A DNA stretch of 64,000 nucleotides from Phoronis australis (GCA_002633005.1 NMRA01000056.1:9165-73164); one strand, 5' to 3'. Positions 1-12,939 are shown, counted from the first letter of the stretch. Notes: generated by a model from the letters alone, not told the origin. Made by a program: numbers and translations.

Positions 1-12
1 TATGAGGTATAA

Positions 13-178
13 ATAGGTTATTACATGTTCTGATGAGTAGTTATCCCCCTTATCTAGAGCCCTCATGGATTTTGTAGAATTATATCCCTCGAGGCTAACG
101 CCCCTCGGGCGATAATTCTCCAAAATCCACTCGGGCTCTATATAACGGGGATAACGACTTCGCCATGTAATAATCTAT
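13..178. mobile_element. Small palindromic (hairpin) MITE-like element
   Basis: The ends ATAGGTTATTACATG (13-27) and CATGTAATAATCTAT (164-178) are inverted. Internal arms also pair (TTATCCCC/GGGGATAA, TAGAGCCC/GGGCTCTA, TGGATTTTG/CAAAATCCA). Confidence 0.6.
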
Positions 179-564
179 ATTTATCAATATCTCTTTTCAA
201 TAATGCGCATACATATAATTATTATAATGTTAATAATAGTATACTTTATTTATTTCTCTTTTGTATAATGTACATACAGAATATAAACAGAGTTGGTCTT
301 ACCAGACACTTAAAAGTACAATAATCATCATTTTTAAGGATCTCACTATCAATCAATCGTAAATCTCTCACATTTTCTACTGGCATGAAGACGAAAACTT
401 TTCCACGCCATTGATCTATATAAATTTGGCACTTACTCGATTAAACAAATCTAATATAAGGTCAACATGAACTTCATCTTCGGCAACCCCACAAAAGCAG
501 TGGTTACAGTTATTGTTGTACTTACGTTCTTTCTTGCACTGTTTGTGTTCACAGATTAGACGTG

Positions 565-2545
565 TTAACCTAAATACACTGTGTAGTTTGAAACTGCGAA
601 CACATTTTCGTGCTCCACTTCAATTTTTTCTTTGGAAAACAAACTAAGACCCCGAATATAGACTACAAAGCTGGGACACCACTTCTCAATATGATCACAA
701 AGCTGCGTATTCGTAGAGATCATAAACGTTTTTCTTTTTCCAGATTGGCAAACAAGTTTCAGGAGAATAGCTTTGGCAACTTCAAAGTTGTCTGCGTACA
801 CTGGACCAATCCGATTAGCAATGCAATGAGTGGTATCAAGGCAACCATATCCAATAATTCTTCCGCCCTTCAGGGCGACAAACGTAACGATACCTTCAAT
901 AAAGCAGTTGGTCTGAACAAAACTGGTACTCCCACGAATGCACAGATTTCTATCATATTTATCTAAATTCCCCATGTCTACAGCTTTGACGTCAACAATT
1001 TTGACATCTTTACAGTCGGACATCAAGCAAGATTTATCCAATTTGCCCGTGAAGGTAATGTACTTTACACCAACAATGCCGAATCCCTTCTTTTTGTATG
1101 CTTGTCGTACGTCGTCGCTGTCGAGACACGTCAGAGCGAAGTTCCTCTCTCCCACGAACTCTTTCGCATATGTGAAAAGCTGTCGACCTGATAATAAAGA
1201 ATACAACGGGCGCAACTAGCAACTCAGGTAATGACGAAAAAGAACTGCCTCCTACATTTAGTACTATGTCAGCGCGCGGGTATATTATGTACATGTTAAT
1301 GTAATATACAATTGCAGCTAGACAGGATTCAGGTATGTCTTTCTATAATCACTATTTCTATAGGGAAGGAGTCCCAGTCTGTTATAAGCTGTAAGCAAAC
1401 AACTTACCCACACCGGAGCCTCTGAATTCTTTCGTGACTGTGTTTATTCCGCCAAAACACAAGTCTGGACCAAGAACATGGATAACCATGACACCTGGAG
1501 AGAAGAAAAGAGAATTAGTTTACAAACACATTCAACTAGAGAAAGATTGTTAAGACATTATTTTATTAACTGATACAAAACTGAATAGTTAAGGGACAAA
1601 AAAGCTTAGTTAATTCTGGCATGTGTTCGTTTAGAATATTGAGGCGGACATGAGGTGTTCATATATTGTCAATAGCCCCGCCCACACACAACCTATCCTG
1701 GACAATTTGCACTGATACAACTTACCCCACATTTAAGTGGAACGTCCACACACATATATCCGATAACTAGGGTAAGGCGGAAGTTGTCGCTCTTTGTATG
1801 ACCGTGGACAACTGATGCCAATGCAGCACGCAAAAGAAGAACACACTGTATGTTACCGCAACAGATAAAGACTTCCGCCTTGGAACAGGTTTGCGGCCAC
1901 TTGGCGATTAGAAGTGGCGCAAGTTACCCTAGAACAAGTTACCTTACCTCGATAATTTGGAGTAAGTTGCAGTGGCGGATTTAGAGGGAGGGCAAGGGGC
2001 CATGGCCTCCTAAAATTCTCCCAGATTCCATTTGTCAGTTCGAGGGTGCCTGCGAAGGTCTAACGGGCAAAGAGATCCTGGCTAATACCGTCTTTGCCCT
2101 GCCAAAACTCAAAATTATGAATCTACCCGAGTTGTATACAGCTTTGCACCTATCCGGTAAATACTGGAAAGGTCATTAAATAAACCTGAAATTAAAGGCC
2201 CGTCTAACCATTGGCTACACTAACGTTTCTTTTTCATAAAGCCGTTAGGCTGAACAAGTCAATCCCGGCAATTACTGCTAGTGATGCAAAAAGACTCGAG
2301 ATTGCATCCAATTTGTATCATTGTCCTGCACAGCGTGCAGAGTTAGACCCCTCACCTATGACTTTGCCATCGAGCTCTGCAACAACAAATCCGCCAGGAT
2401 TGTCTCGGGTTATCTTGAAGATGAGTGTGATAAAAGCCTTCGAGTACAATCTGTAGAAATCCTCCGTGTCGTCTTCTTGACATATTAAAGTAATTGTGGA
2501 CAAATCCTCCTCTTTTGCTGGCCGAAATTGAATACTGTCCAGCAT
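565..2545 (-). CDS. GNAT-family N-acetyltransferase with a C-terminal YitH/HolE-like second GNAT domain, paralog A (~299 aa)
   Basis: Exons 2545-2356, 1494-1408 and 1187-565 have GT-AG boundaries with consistent phases (900 nt). The protein starts IQFRPAKEEDL, contains FVVAELDGKVIG and the acetyl-CoA motif A EFRGSGVGRQLF, and has C-terminal IIGYG and RIGPVYADNFEVAKAIL. Confidence 0.85.
1970..2130. mobile_element. Degenerate hAT-type MITE remnant in intron 1 of paralog A
   Basis: Starts CAGTGGCGGATTTAGAGGGAGGGCAAGGGGCCATGGCC, a common hAT-MITE end. The right end is poorly conserved and no TSD was confirmed. Confidence 0.35.
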
Positions 2546-3562
2546 GATTAAAGAGCTTGAATCCCGTGGACTTAAAAGCGAATACAAGTCACCACTAAAG
2601 CAGTTTCAAACGTAGAGAAAATCTATGACTGCGCCGCTTCCGTTTTCACATTGCTCAGTTTACTACAAATGACCTTTGGACAGCGTGAAGTGTTATAAAA
2701 AAATGGATAACAAGGATTGTGGGATAGTAGCACTTCGCGCCGGCGTGTAGCGCCTATCGTTGGCCGTGTGCAGAAAAGTGTCGCCAGTAAATTACGCTGA
2801 GTAAATTACTCTCGTTTTTCACGATCGTAAAATAAGCAGCATAAACCATTCTTTTTGAAGTACATTAACATTGATCAGAACATTTAACAGGCTCTAAAGC
2901 CGAGCTCCGACGTTGCTGTTGAATATACCATTGGTGCTAAAAAGATGATTATACTGCCCTTATCAGCGTTTGGAATAATTTATGAAGAGCTTTATGTTGA
3001 TAAACGTATGTCTTGTGCTTTGGAATAATAACAACACTCGTAGTACTAGTAACAATAATGTACTTTATTAATATCTCTTTTAGATAATGTACAAACAGAT
3101 AATTACTATTAAAATAATAATAATGATAATAATATACTTTAGTTAGGTCCCTTTTGAATAATGTACATACAGGTTACAAACAGTTGGTCTTTCCGGACAC
3201 TTAAAATTACAATAATCACCATTATTATGGATTTCACTTTCATATCAATATCAAACGCTATGATCGCCCCCTTTCTCTAAAATCAACAAGCAGGTCCTGA
3301 CAATCAATCGTAAATCTCTCACATTGTCTACTGACATGAAGAAAACTTTATACGCCATTAAAATATATAAAGTTGCCACTGGGTCGATTAAACAAATCTC
3401 ATATAAGGTCAACATGAACTTCATCTTCGGCAACCCCACAAAAACATTGGTTACAGTTACAGTTACAGTTGTTCTTATATCATCAAGTGTAAAGTGTAAA
3501 AATAATGAACATAAAATTGCTATGTTCTTTCTTGCACTGTATGTGTTCACAGATTAGACGGG

Positions 3563-5681
3563 TTATCCTAAATACACTGTGTAGTTTGAAATTGCGAACA
3601 CGTTTTCGTGCTCCACTTCAATTTTTTCTTTGGAAAACAAACTAAGACCTCGAATATTGATTACAAAGCTGGGACTCCACCTTTCGATATGATCACAAAG
3701 CTGCCCATTCGTAGAAAGCATAAACGTTTTTCTTTCTCCAGATTGGCAAACAAGTTTCAGGAGAATAGCTTTGGCAACTTCAAAGTTGTCTGCGTACACT
3801 GGACCAATCCGATTAGCAATGCAATGAGTGGTATCAAGGCAACCGTATCCAATAATTTTTTCGCCCTTCAGGGCGACAAAAGTAACGATACCTTCAATAA
3901 AGCAGTTGGTCTGAACAAAGCTGGTACTCCCACGAATGCACAGATTTCTATCATATTTATCTAATTCCCCCATGTCAACAGCTTCGACGTCAACAATTTT
4001 GACATCTTTACAGTCAGACATCAAGCAAGATTTATCCAATTTGCCCGTGAAGTTATTGTACTTTACACCAACAATACCGAATCCCTTCTTTTCGTATGCT
4101 TGTCTAAGGTCGTCGGTGTCGACACTAACCACGGCAAAGTTCCTCTCTCCCACGAACGCTTTCGCTTGTCTGAAAAGCGCTCTACCTGTTGAAATATCAT
4201 AATAAAAAGGGCGCTACTAACAACTCAGGTAATGACGAAAAAGAACTGGGGCCTGTTCCAAGAAACTGACTTAAGTTCATTTTTTACTTAAGTTTAAGAT
4301 TTGTCTTAAATTCCAAACTTTGAAACTTCCACATTTGGTAAGTTAGTCAAAATTAAAACAAAACTTATGTCAAACACTTAAATCAAACTCAAAATCTCTA
4401 TTTTGAATTGGTTTTCAGACAACTTTAACTTATATTTTAAAATTTACTGAAATGTAAGATTTGTCTTAGCTAAGTCAGTTTTGTTGGAACGGGCCAAAAC
4501 ATGTCAGCACGTGATATATATTATGTACATGCTGATGTAATACACAATTGCAGCTAGACAGGCTTCGAGTATGTCTTTCTAGAGACAAGGATAACAGTCA
4601 CAGGCCACGAAAAACCGTAAGCAAATAGCTTACCCACACCGAAACCTCTAAATTCTTTCGTGACTGTGTTTATTCCGCCAAAACACAAGTCTGGACCAAG
4701 AACATGGACGATCATGACACCTGGCGAGAAGAAAAGAGAATTGGTTTGCAAACACATTCAACTAGAGAAATGGATTCGTAAGACATTTATTGATTGATAC
4801 AAAATATAATTAAGGCACAAAAAGTACAGTTAATTCTGGCGTGCGGTCCTTTTGATTACTTATTTGGAGATGAGGTAGTTCACGATACCTTCATAAACAG
4901 TGGTGTTCTTTTACCAGAAGTAAAAAATCCTTCGTCCCGGATTGACGCTGAATTAATTTCTGGCAATGCTCATCATACATTTTAGTGAATTAAGAATTAC
5001 GAGGAAATCGTGACTGTGTTGACACTAAAATGCACAGTGTTTGCGTCGATTTTCAAAACAAGATCAAGAATTTGTGATAAAAATGACGAGAACGGGCGCT
5101 TTTTAAGCAGTGGAGCACAGTTTTCAGAAAGTGTCTGTGTACAGAACATAACGTACTAGGTTTTTTGGCTTAAATTACAATAATAAAAATACATTTTTAA
5201 AAAAATCCATTGGACGTTTAACTGAAGAACTTAAGGGGGCTAAAATCCACGGTCTGTTTAAGAGGCGAACTTTTGCATCGTAGTGGCAATGTACTCAAAC
5301 CTCAGAGCGCTTCGGTTATGAATTCAACATTCATGGCTTAAAGGGGTCGAGACACATGCAGTTTCGAATTGCGCTGAGAACACCTCCCAATATGCGACAA
5401 TTCAAACTTCCTACAGGGCGATGAAACTTGCCTCGGTGTTTTGCCCAAGAGCGCATGGGCGGCTCAGCACTGAGAAATTGGGGGAATATTGCCCCATATC
5501 CCTCCTGTGGTGTACCGCTCATAGACCATCTGCGCCGGAGCACTGAATAAGTGGGGGGGAGCTATAGCCCCCCCCCCCCNTACAATCTGTAGAAATCCTC
5601 CGTGTCGTCTTCTTGACATATTAAAGTAATTGTGGACAAATCTTCCTCTTTTGCTGGCCGAAATTGAATACTGTCCAGCAT
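3563..5681 (-). CDS. GNAT/YitH-like acetyltransferase, apparent middle copy; incomplete and chimeric across the gap
   Basis: Exon 3 (4185-3563) and exon 2 (4720-4634) are intact and B-type. Only the first part of an A-type exon 1 (5681-5581) is present, cut by the 'n' at 5580. Confidence 0.6.
4249..4495. mobile_element. MITE with PIF/Harbinger-like termini in intron 2 of the middle GNAT copy
   Basis: TIRs GGGCCTGTTCCAAGAAACTGACTTA and TAAGTCAGTTTTGTTGGAACGGGCC. The element is absent at the homologous site (~7702-7725). Confidence 0.75.
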
Positions 5682-6334
5682 GATTAAAGAGCATGAATCC
5701 CGTGGACCTAAAAGCGAATATAAGTCATCACTAAAGCAGTTTCAAACGTAGAGAAAATCTATGACTGCGTCGCTTCCGTTTTCACATTGCTCAGTTTACG
5801 ACAAGTGACCTTTGGACAGCTTGAGGTGTTATAAAATAATGGATAACAAAGATTGTGGCATTGTAGCACTTCGCGCCGGCGTGTAGCACCTATCGTTGGT
5901 CGTGTGCAGGAAAGTGGCGCTAGTAAATTACGCTGAGTACATTACTCTCGTTTTTCACGACCGTACAATAAGCAGCGTAAACCTTGAAGTATATTAACAT
6001 TGATACATTTAACCTGCTCTAAACCCGAGTTCCCACGTTGCTATTGAATTTACCATTGGTGCTAAATAGATGATTATACTGCCCTTATCAGCGTTTGGAA
6101 AAGAGCTTTATGTTAATAAAGGTATGTCATGTGCTTTGGAATAATAACAACACTCGTAGTACTAGTAATAATAATATACTTTATTAATATCTCTTTTAGA
6201 TAATGTACATACAGATAATTATTATTAAAATAATAATAATAATAATAATAATAAAGCTAATGATAATAATATACTTTAGTTAGGTCCCTTTTGAATAATG
6301 TACATACAGATTACAATCAAATTATTATAATCCA

Positions 6335-6582
6335 TCTATTATATAAAATGAATCGTTTGCACAAACTTCGTCTCCCCCGCTCCACTACAGACCTTCGTTC
6401 GCCCGTTTCGGCACCGCCTTGGTCCCAGGTATTGCACCGGCCCCCTATTTGGATTCGAGATGTTCTTTTTTTTTCTCCAGGGCCGTTTTTTCGTGGACGC
6501 CAAGGGATCGAGGGTTGCCAGTTTCGTGCGGCGTTTCCCGCTAGCTAGCTGTTACCCATGCCAAAGTACGGGTAACTGCTGG
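6335..6582 (+). mobile_element. Non-autonomous mini-Helitron
   Basis: 5' end A|TCTATTATATAAAA; subterminal hairpin GTTACCC (6551-6557) / GGGTAAC (6570-6576); 3' end CTGG|T (CTRR). Inserted between A and T with no TSD, and absent from the homologous region near 3170. Confidence 0.75.
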
Positions 6583-7013
6583 TATTAATAATAATGTACT
6601 TTACTTAGGTCTCTTTCGTATAATGTACATACAGATCAGCTGCAAACAGAGTTGGTCTTTCCGGACACTTAAAAGAACAATAATCACCATTATTACGGAT
6701 TTCACTTTCATGTCAATATCAAATGCTATGAACGCCCCCTTTCGCTAAAACCAACAAGCAGGTCATCACAATCAATCGTAAATCTCTCGCATTGTCTACT
6801 GACATGAAGAAGGAAACTTTTTCACACCATTAAAATATATAAAGTTGCCACTGGGTCGATGAAACAAATCTCATATAAGGTCAACATGAACTTCATCTTC
6901 GGCAACCCCACAAAGACACTGGTTACAGTTACAGTTGTATTTATATCATCAAGTGTAAAGCGTAAAAACAATGAACATAAAATTGATATTCTTTCTTTCA
7001 CAGATTAGACGGG

Positions 7014-9327
7014 TTACCCTAAATACACTGTGTAGTTTGAAACTGCGAACACGTTTTCGTGCTCTACTTCAATTTTTTCTTTGGAAAACAAACTAAGACC
7101 TCGAATATTGATTACAAAGCTGGGACACCACTTCTCAATATGATCACAAAGCTGCCCATTCGTAGAAAGCATAAACGTTTTTCTTTCTCCAGATTGGCAA
7201 ACAAGTTTCAGGAGAATAGCTTTGGCAACTTCAAAGTCGTCTGCATACAATGGTCCAATCCGATTAGCAATGCAATGAGTGGTATCAAGGCAACCGTATC
7301 CAATAATTTTTTCGCCCTTCAGGGCGACAAAAGTAACGATACCTTCAATAAAGCAGTTGGTCTGAACAAAGCTGGCCCTCCCACGAATGCACAGATTTCT
7401 ATCATATTTATCTAATTCCCCCATGTCTACAGCTTTGACGTCAACAATTTTGACATCTTTACAGTGGGACACCAAGCAAGATTTATCCAATTTGCCCGTG
7501 AAGTTGTTGTAGTTTACACCAACAATGCCGAATCCCTTCTTTTCGTATGCTTGTCTAAGGTCGTCGGTGTCGACACTAACCACGGCAAAGTTCCTCTCTC
7601 CCACGAACGCTTTCGCTTGTCTGAAAAGCGCTCTACCTGTTGAAATATCATAATAAAAAGGGCGCTACTCAGTAACAACTCAGGTAATGACGAAAAAGAA
7701 CTGCTTCCTACATTTAGTATTTTAAAACATGTCAGCACGCGATATATATTATAAACATGTTGATGTAATATACAATTGCAGCTAGACAGGCTTCGAGTAT
7801 GTCGTTCTAGAGACAAGGATAACAGTCACAGGCCACGAAAAACCGTAAGCAAATAGCTTACCCACACCGGAACCTCTAAATTCTTTCGTGACTGTGTTTA
7901 TTCCGCCAAAACACAAGTCTGGACCAAGAACATGGACGATCATGACACCTGGCGAGAAGAAAAGAGAACTGATTTGCAAACACAATTCAACTAGAGAAAT
8001 GGATTAGTAAGACATTTATTGTGATAAAAATATAATTAAGGCACAAAAAGCATAGTTAATTCTGGCGTGCGGTCCTTTTGATTATTAATTTGGAGATGAG
8101 GTAGTTCGCGATACCTTCATAAACAGTTGTGTTGTTTTACCACAAGTAAAAAATCCTTCGTCCCGGATTGACGCCGAATTCATTTGTGGCAGTGCTCATC
8201 AAACATTTTAATGAATTAAGAATTACGAGGAAATCGTGACTGTGTTGACACTAAAATGCACAGTGTTTGCGTCGATTTTCAAAACAATATCAAGAATTTG
8301 TGATAAAAATGACGAGAACGGGCGCTTTTTAAGCAGTGGAGCACAGTTTTCAGAAAGTGCAGGTGTCCAGAACAGAACGTACTAGGTTTTTTGGCTTAAA
8401 TTACAATAATAAAAATACATTTTTAAAACAACCCATTGGACGCTTAACTGAAGAACTTAAGGGGGTTAAAATCCACGGTCTGTTTAAGAGGCGAACTTTT
8501 GCATCGTAGTGGCAATGTACTCAAACCTCAGAGCGCTTCGGTTATGAATTCAACATTCACGGCTTAAAAGGGTCGAGACGCATGCAGTTTCGAATTGCGC
8601 TGAGAACACCTCCCAATATGCGACAATTCAAACTTCCTACAGGGCGATGAAACTTGCCTCGGTGTTTTGCCCAAGAGCGCATGGGCTGCGCAGCACTGAG
8701 AAATTGGGGGAATATTGCCCCATAGCCCTCCTGTGGTGTACCGCTCATAGACCATTTGTGCCGGAGCACTGAATGAGTGGGGAGAGCTATAGCCCCCCAG
8801 CCCGCTATTGTGCGCCGCCCATGATAGGGAGCATCTTCTAGGATATATGACCAGGTCTAAATTCATATATGATAAATACTTATACAAAACCATCGTCGAA
8901 ATTAGGGATCGGTCTTATATTGAACAATATCAAATCGTATAAGCATCTGAACTATGTTAAATTCTGACACGTTGGCCAATGTTTTATCTTTCACAAAGCC
9001 GTTAGGCCTACAGAAGCCAACAGGTAAGCCCACAAATTATAGCGTTTCCAGTTGCAATTATTGCTAGTGATGCAAAAAGGCTGGTTGCATCCATTTTGTA
9101 TCATTGTCCGGTCAGCGTGCAGATTTAGACCCCTTACCTATGACTCTACCATCGAGCTCTGCAACAACAAACCCGCCAGGATGGTCTCGGGTTATCTTGA
9201 AGATGAGTGTGATAAAAGCCTTCGAGTACAATCTGTAGAAATCCTCCGTGTCGTCTTCTTGACATATTAAAGTAATTGTGGACAGGTCCTCCTCTTTTGC
9301 TGGCCGAAACTGTATCCTGTCCAGCAT
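7014..9327 (-). CDS. GNAT/YitH-like N-acetyltransferase, paralog B (~299 aa)
   Basis: Exons 9327-9138, 7948-7862 and 7636-7014 have the same lengths (190/87/623) and phases as paralog A, GT-AG boundaries and an intact frame. Motif A reads EFRGSGVGRALF. Confidence 0.85.
8680..8823. mobile_element. Short GC-rich hAT-like MITE (related copies at ~5454-5579 and 37930-38007)
   Basis: Inverted ends CATGGGC(T/G)GCG...GCGCCGCCCATG with an internal GGGGAGAGCTATAGCCCCCC palindrome. The same ends recur at 37930-38007. No TSD confirmed. Confidence 0.5.
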
Positions 9328-11032
9328 GATTAAAGAGCATGAATCCTGTGGACCCAGATGCGAATACAACATTAAAACAGTTTCAAATGTGGTGCAAATA
9401 ATTGTGTCGTTTCAGTTTTCACTGCCCCTGTTACGGCACTTGACTTTTGAACAGCGTGCAGCTTGAGGAGTCATAAAAAGTGGACATCATGGGTTGCGAG
9501 ATATTAGCACGGCGGGTAGAATCTATCGTTGGCCGTGAGCATTGAGGAAACTGTCGCTAGTACATTACGCTGAGTTAATTACTCTCGTTTTTCACGACCC
9601 CAAAAATAACGAGCGTAAACCATTCTTTTTGAAGCACAGTAACATTGAAAAGAACATTTAACCGGCAGTAAACTCGAGTTCCCACGTTGCTATTGAATAA
9701 ACCATTGGTGCTAAAAAATATTTCACTGCCCTTTTCAGCATTTAGAAAAAGAAGAGCTTGATGTTGATAAACGATAAGCAATCTATGGATAAACATGGGA
9801 GCTCCGAGTTTGTTGCCGAAGAGTTGGACACCACCTGCTTTGTCATTGTTGATGATTTTAATGCTGGTGTTATCGCCAGATCTTTGTTCTCCAAACACTT
9901 GCTTAATTTTTGTAATGACGGTAAACTTATGTTTTCTCGTTTCTCAATCGCTGAATAGATTCCTTGTGATAGCTATGTATTCCTTAATCTTTATGAGCCA
10001 CTTCATTTTCGTGACTTGATCATTTTTGTTCTTGTTCAGACTTTCAGGATATTTCAGTTTGCTATGATGAGGATGATCCCTAGTGTTCAGTTTTCTTACA
10101 TTTCACAAAAATCCTTAGCTGTCTGTTTATTCAAATTATAATTCTCGTGGTCCTCGTTTGAAATGGGAGACCGTTGTCCAAGGATGATTGCTCTCTATTT
10201 TGTAATCTTACTGATTCTGTTTAATTAGGCTAATGTTAGTGTTTTCGGATTTTGTTTTGTCAACGGGCACTGTGTAAACAGCATGACCACGTGACAACCA
10301 CTCAACAAGCTTACCGTAACACCTTACCATCTGTGTGAACCATTTCTCTATTCTAAAGTTTAGAGTGCACTAGTTTATTCTGCACTATTTATCACTTTCA
10401 ATGTTGTAAAGCTTCTCTTCCTAACATTATTTTTCGTCTTTTTGCCGAGTTTCCATTTGTGCTAACCCATTGGTTGTTGCTATACGTGATTCTGATTTGG
10501 TCTTTCAATCGCAGATTCGACTGAGACAAAATCTTTGTATATTTCCTGGTATAACCTGTAGCTAGTCTTAAATTTTTTAGCTGTTTTGACCATACATATG
10601 TCTTATGTGGACTGTTGTATATTTATATGGCATTTATGCAATGAAACATATTCATTCTATAAAACATATTCAAGAAGCAAACTTTTGTTTTTAAGGCCCT
10701 AAAAAGCATGGAATTAGTCAACAAATTCGAAAGTTATTTTGGTCATTCTATATACGCACCGACCTTTGGCCTTGGCTTAATCCCGGGAATAGTAGACTTA
10801 GATATCTTTTCATCTCCAGTCTTAGAACCCCTGTCTACAACCTATCATACTACATGCTAGGAGTTTTCCAACAAGACATTTTGGGTGTTAAAATCATTTT
10901 ACTGCATTTTACGTAAAGCTATTCTTTGGTTTCTAAGTGTTTGTTCTGCAATTATATATAAAAAGTTTAGGCCCCCAGAACCAGAATATGTGTGTTTAGG
11001 TAATTTTTGAAAAATACTCGTATTTGCGTAAC

Positions 11033-11121
<89 letters not shown>

Positions 11122-11133
11122 GCGTGTGTGTGC
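11033..11133. repeat. (TG)n microsatellite
   Basis: About 100 bp of near-perfect TG dinucleotide repeat. Confidence 0.97.
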
Positions 11134-12189
11134 GTATTGCGCAATTGCATCACATGTGTATGCATAAGTTACGTATTACTGTTTTCAATAGTTTCTACAA
11201 TAATTCATTCTTGCAACCTGTTGCCAGCAACGTTGTAGTTAATTCCATTTCGGTGCAGTGAATTTAATTTTTAGTAATTACCTATGCCCGTAAAATAAGA
11301 TTAAAAAATGAAGTTTACCTCGTAAAAGAATCCAATCCAATACTTTGTGTTGTTGATAGCGCACACTGTACTTGCCACATAATCAAATTGTCCGGGTTTT
11401 GACACACGCCAAAATTGCCATTATATCGTGGCAATTTTCCTCGCCACATATCCCTATTTTTCTGTTCGACTAAAAAGAAAAAACGAGACGTTTCAAGGGT
11501 TTTCGATGCACCCGCAATTTCCTATTCGACTTAGGAAAAAACAACAAACGCCGTCGTCCGCTTTTGGTGTTACGTTTCCTGTTCAACAAAAAACGCTGCC
11601 GAGACGCTTTGTGTATTGTGACGATTATTTCAGCTTTGCGTTTTGGCATAGACCCATATGTCTCGCTTTTTATCCGGAAGGTCCGCTTTTCAATCCAGTT
11701 ATTCCATTTTTTCAGAGTCGAAAGTTGACAACTACGAAAGAAGTGTTCAATATAACTCTGTCATACACACACTGCGTGAATCAGAACCAGTAATTCCTAC
11801 TTTAAAAAGAAATGAGTTTTTATGAACTACTATGGAATGTTCTACAATACAAACTTGATCTACCTTGGCCCAAAGATGACATCGCGCGTTTCTTTTTTAA
11901 TTATCTCAGGATCTCGAGATCCCTACTTATTTTTTCGGGATCTCGATTCTATAAACATAGTCTGTTTTCAAATGCCCACCGGTATCGACTAATAAAATCG
12001 TGGTTTTCACAACGAACAATCGAAATGGTTTGGATAAAAACTCTTTGCAAACCAAATTGAATGCATGGTCAGGGAAGTCAAGGGGGATTGAACAGGGTGG
12101 CCCACAACCCCACGGCCCGTGTCAGTTAAAACGGACCGTAGGTGAATGAAAAAAAAAAACACTCATGTATTTGGGTGAATAGATCGTGT

Positions 12190-12292
12190 TTTCTGAGTCC
12201 GTTCCCGTGTTTGTGAGTCAGTGGACGGTGTTTGCAGGTCCGTGAGTCGTGTTCATGCATCCGTGACCGTGTTTATGAGTCCGTTAACCGTG
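12190..12292. repeat. Degenerate ~20 bp minisatellite
   Basis: About five recurring units resembling GAGTCCGT..CCGTGTTT. Confidence 0.45.
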
Positions 12293-12939
12293 TAGTTTAC
12301 TGAGGTACCTTGATATAAAGACGTTTGAGTGAATGCCTGTCTAAATTCTTCACAGCAACTGTGAGAGATCCATATTCTGTAACCTTTGTCATGATAGGGT
12401 AGAAATCTTTTGAACCCTTGAAATCTTTTCCCTTAATGCTGGCTTACTACTCATTTTTATAACCTCTCTGGTTCATTTCCTTTTTATGTTACTCATATCT
12501 ACACTAGTACACCCTTTGAATTTCTGTAACACTCTTGGTTTTTGGAATTAAACATGACAGCGTTTTCCCGTTCAGTGACTTTACCAGACGAAGGGGGTTG
12601 TGAGCGTGTGATAACATCTAGCTTCTTTGTTAACTGCCAAGCACAGTCTTTTATCTGTTATGACAACAGACACGCCAATTGTCTACCAGGCTTATTACAG
12701 ACCACGTGTGAACACCGTCAAACCCAGGGTGAATTGGTGTATTCGGAAAGAATAGATTATCGTAACTTCGGTTGCAGTTGAGCGATTTTGGTGATTCAAA
12801 AATAAAACATGATTACCATTTGACGAGGATTTCAGAAATGCTATTGGTTTATGTTCAAATCTGTTATAATTTAATTTTTATTTTTAACAGCACAGCCCAG
12901 TCAGGCTAGATACGACCTTATTAAAGATTAGAGCAATTA

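Larger units (their letters stand above)
2445..8800 (+). repeat. Tandem duplication of ~3.2 kb (about 2445-5579 and 5581-8800) joined at an assembly gap
   Basis: Sequence from 5581 restarts at the match to 2445 (TACAATCTGTAGAAATCCTCC...). Sequence just before the 'n' at 5580 matches ~8770-8800. The two units are colinear apart from substitutions and two TE insertions. Confidence 0.85.

Noticed and set aside
610-7415. Three 118 aa plus-strand ORFs (610-966, 3608-3964, 7059-7415) conserved in all copies
   Set aside because: Antisense shadows of GNAT exon 3 with non-ATG starts; their conservation is explained by the real gene on the other strand.
10899-11261. HT-repeat and CV-repeat ORFs
   Set aside because: Translations of the (TG)n microsatellite.
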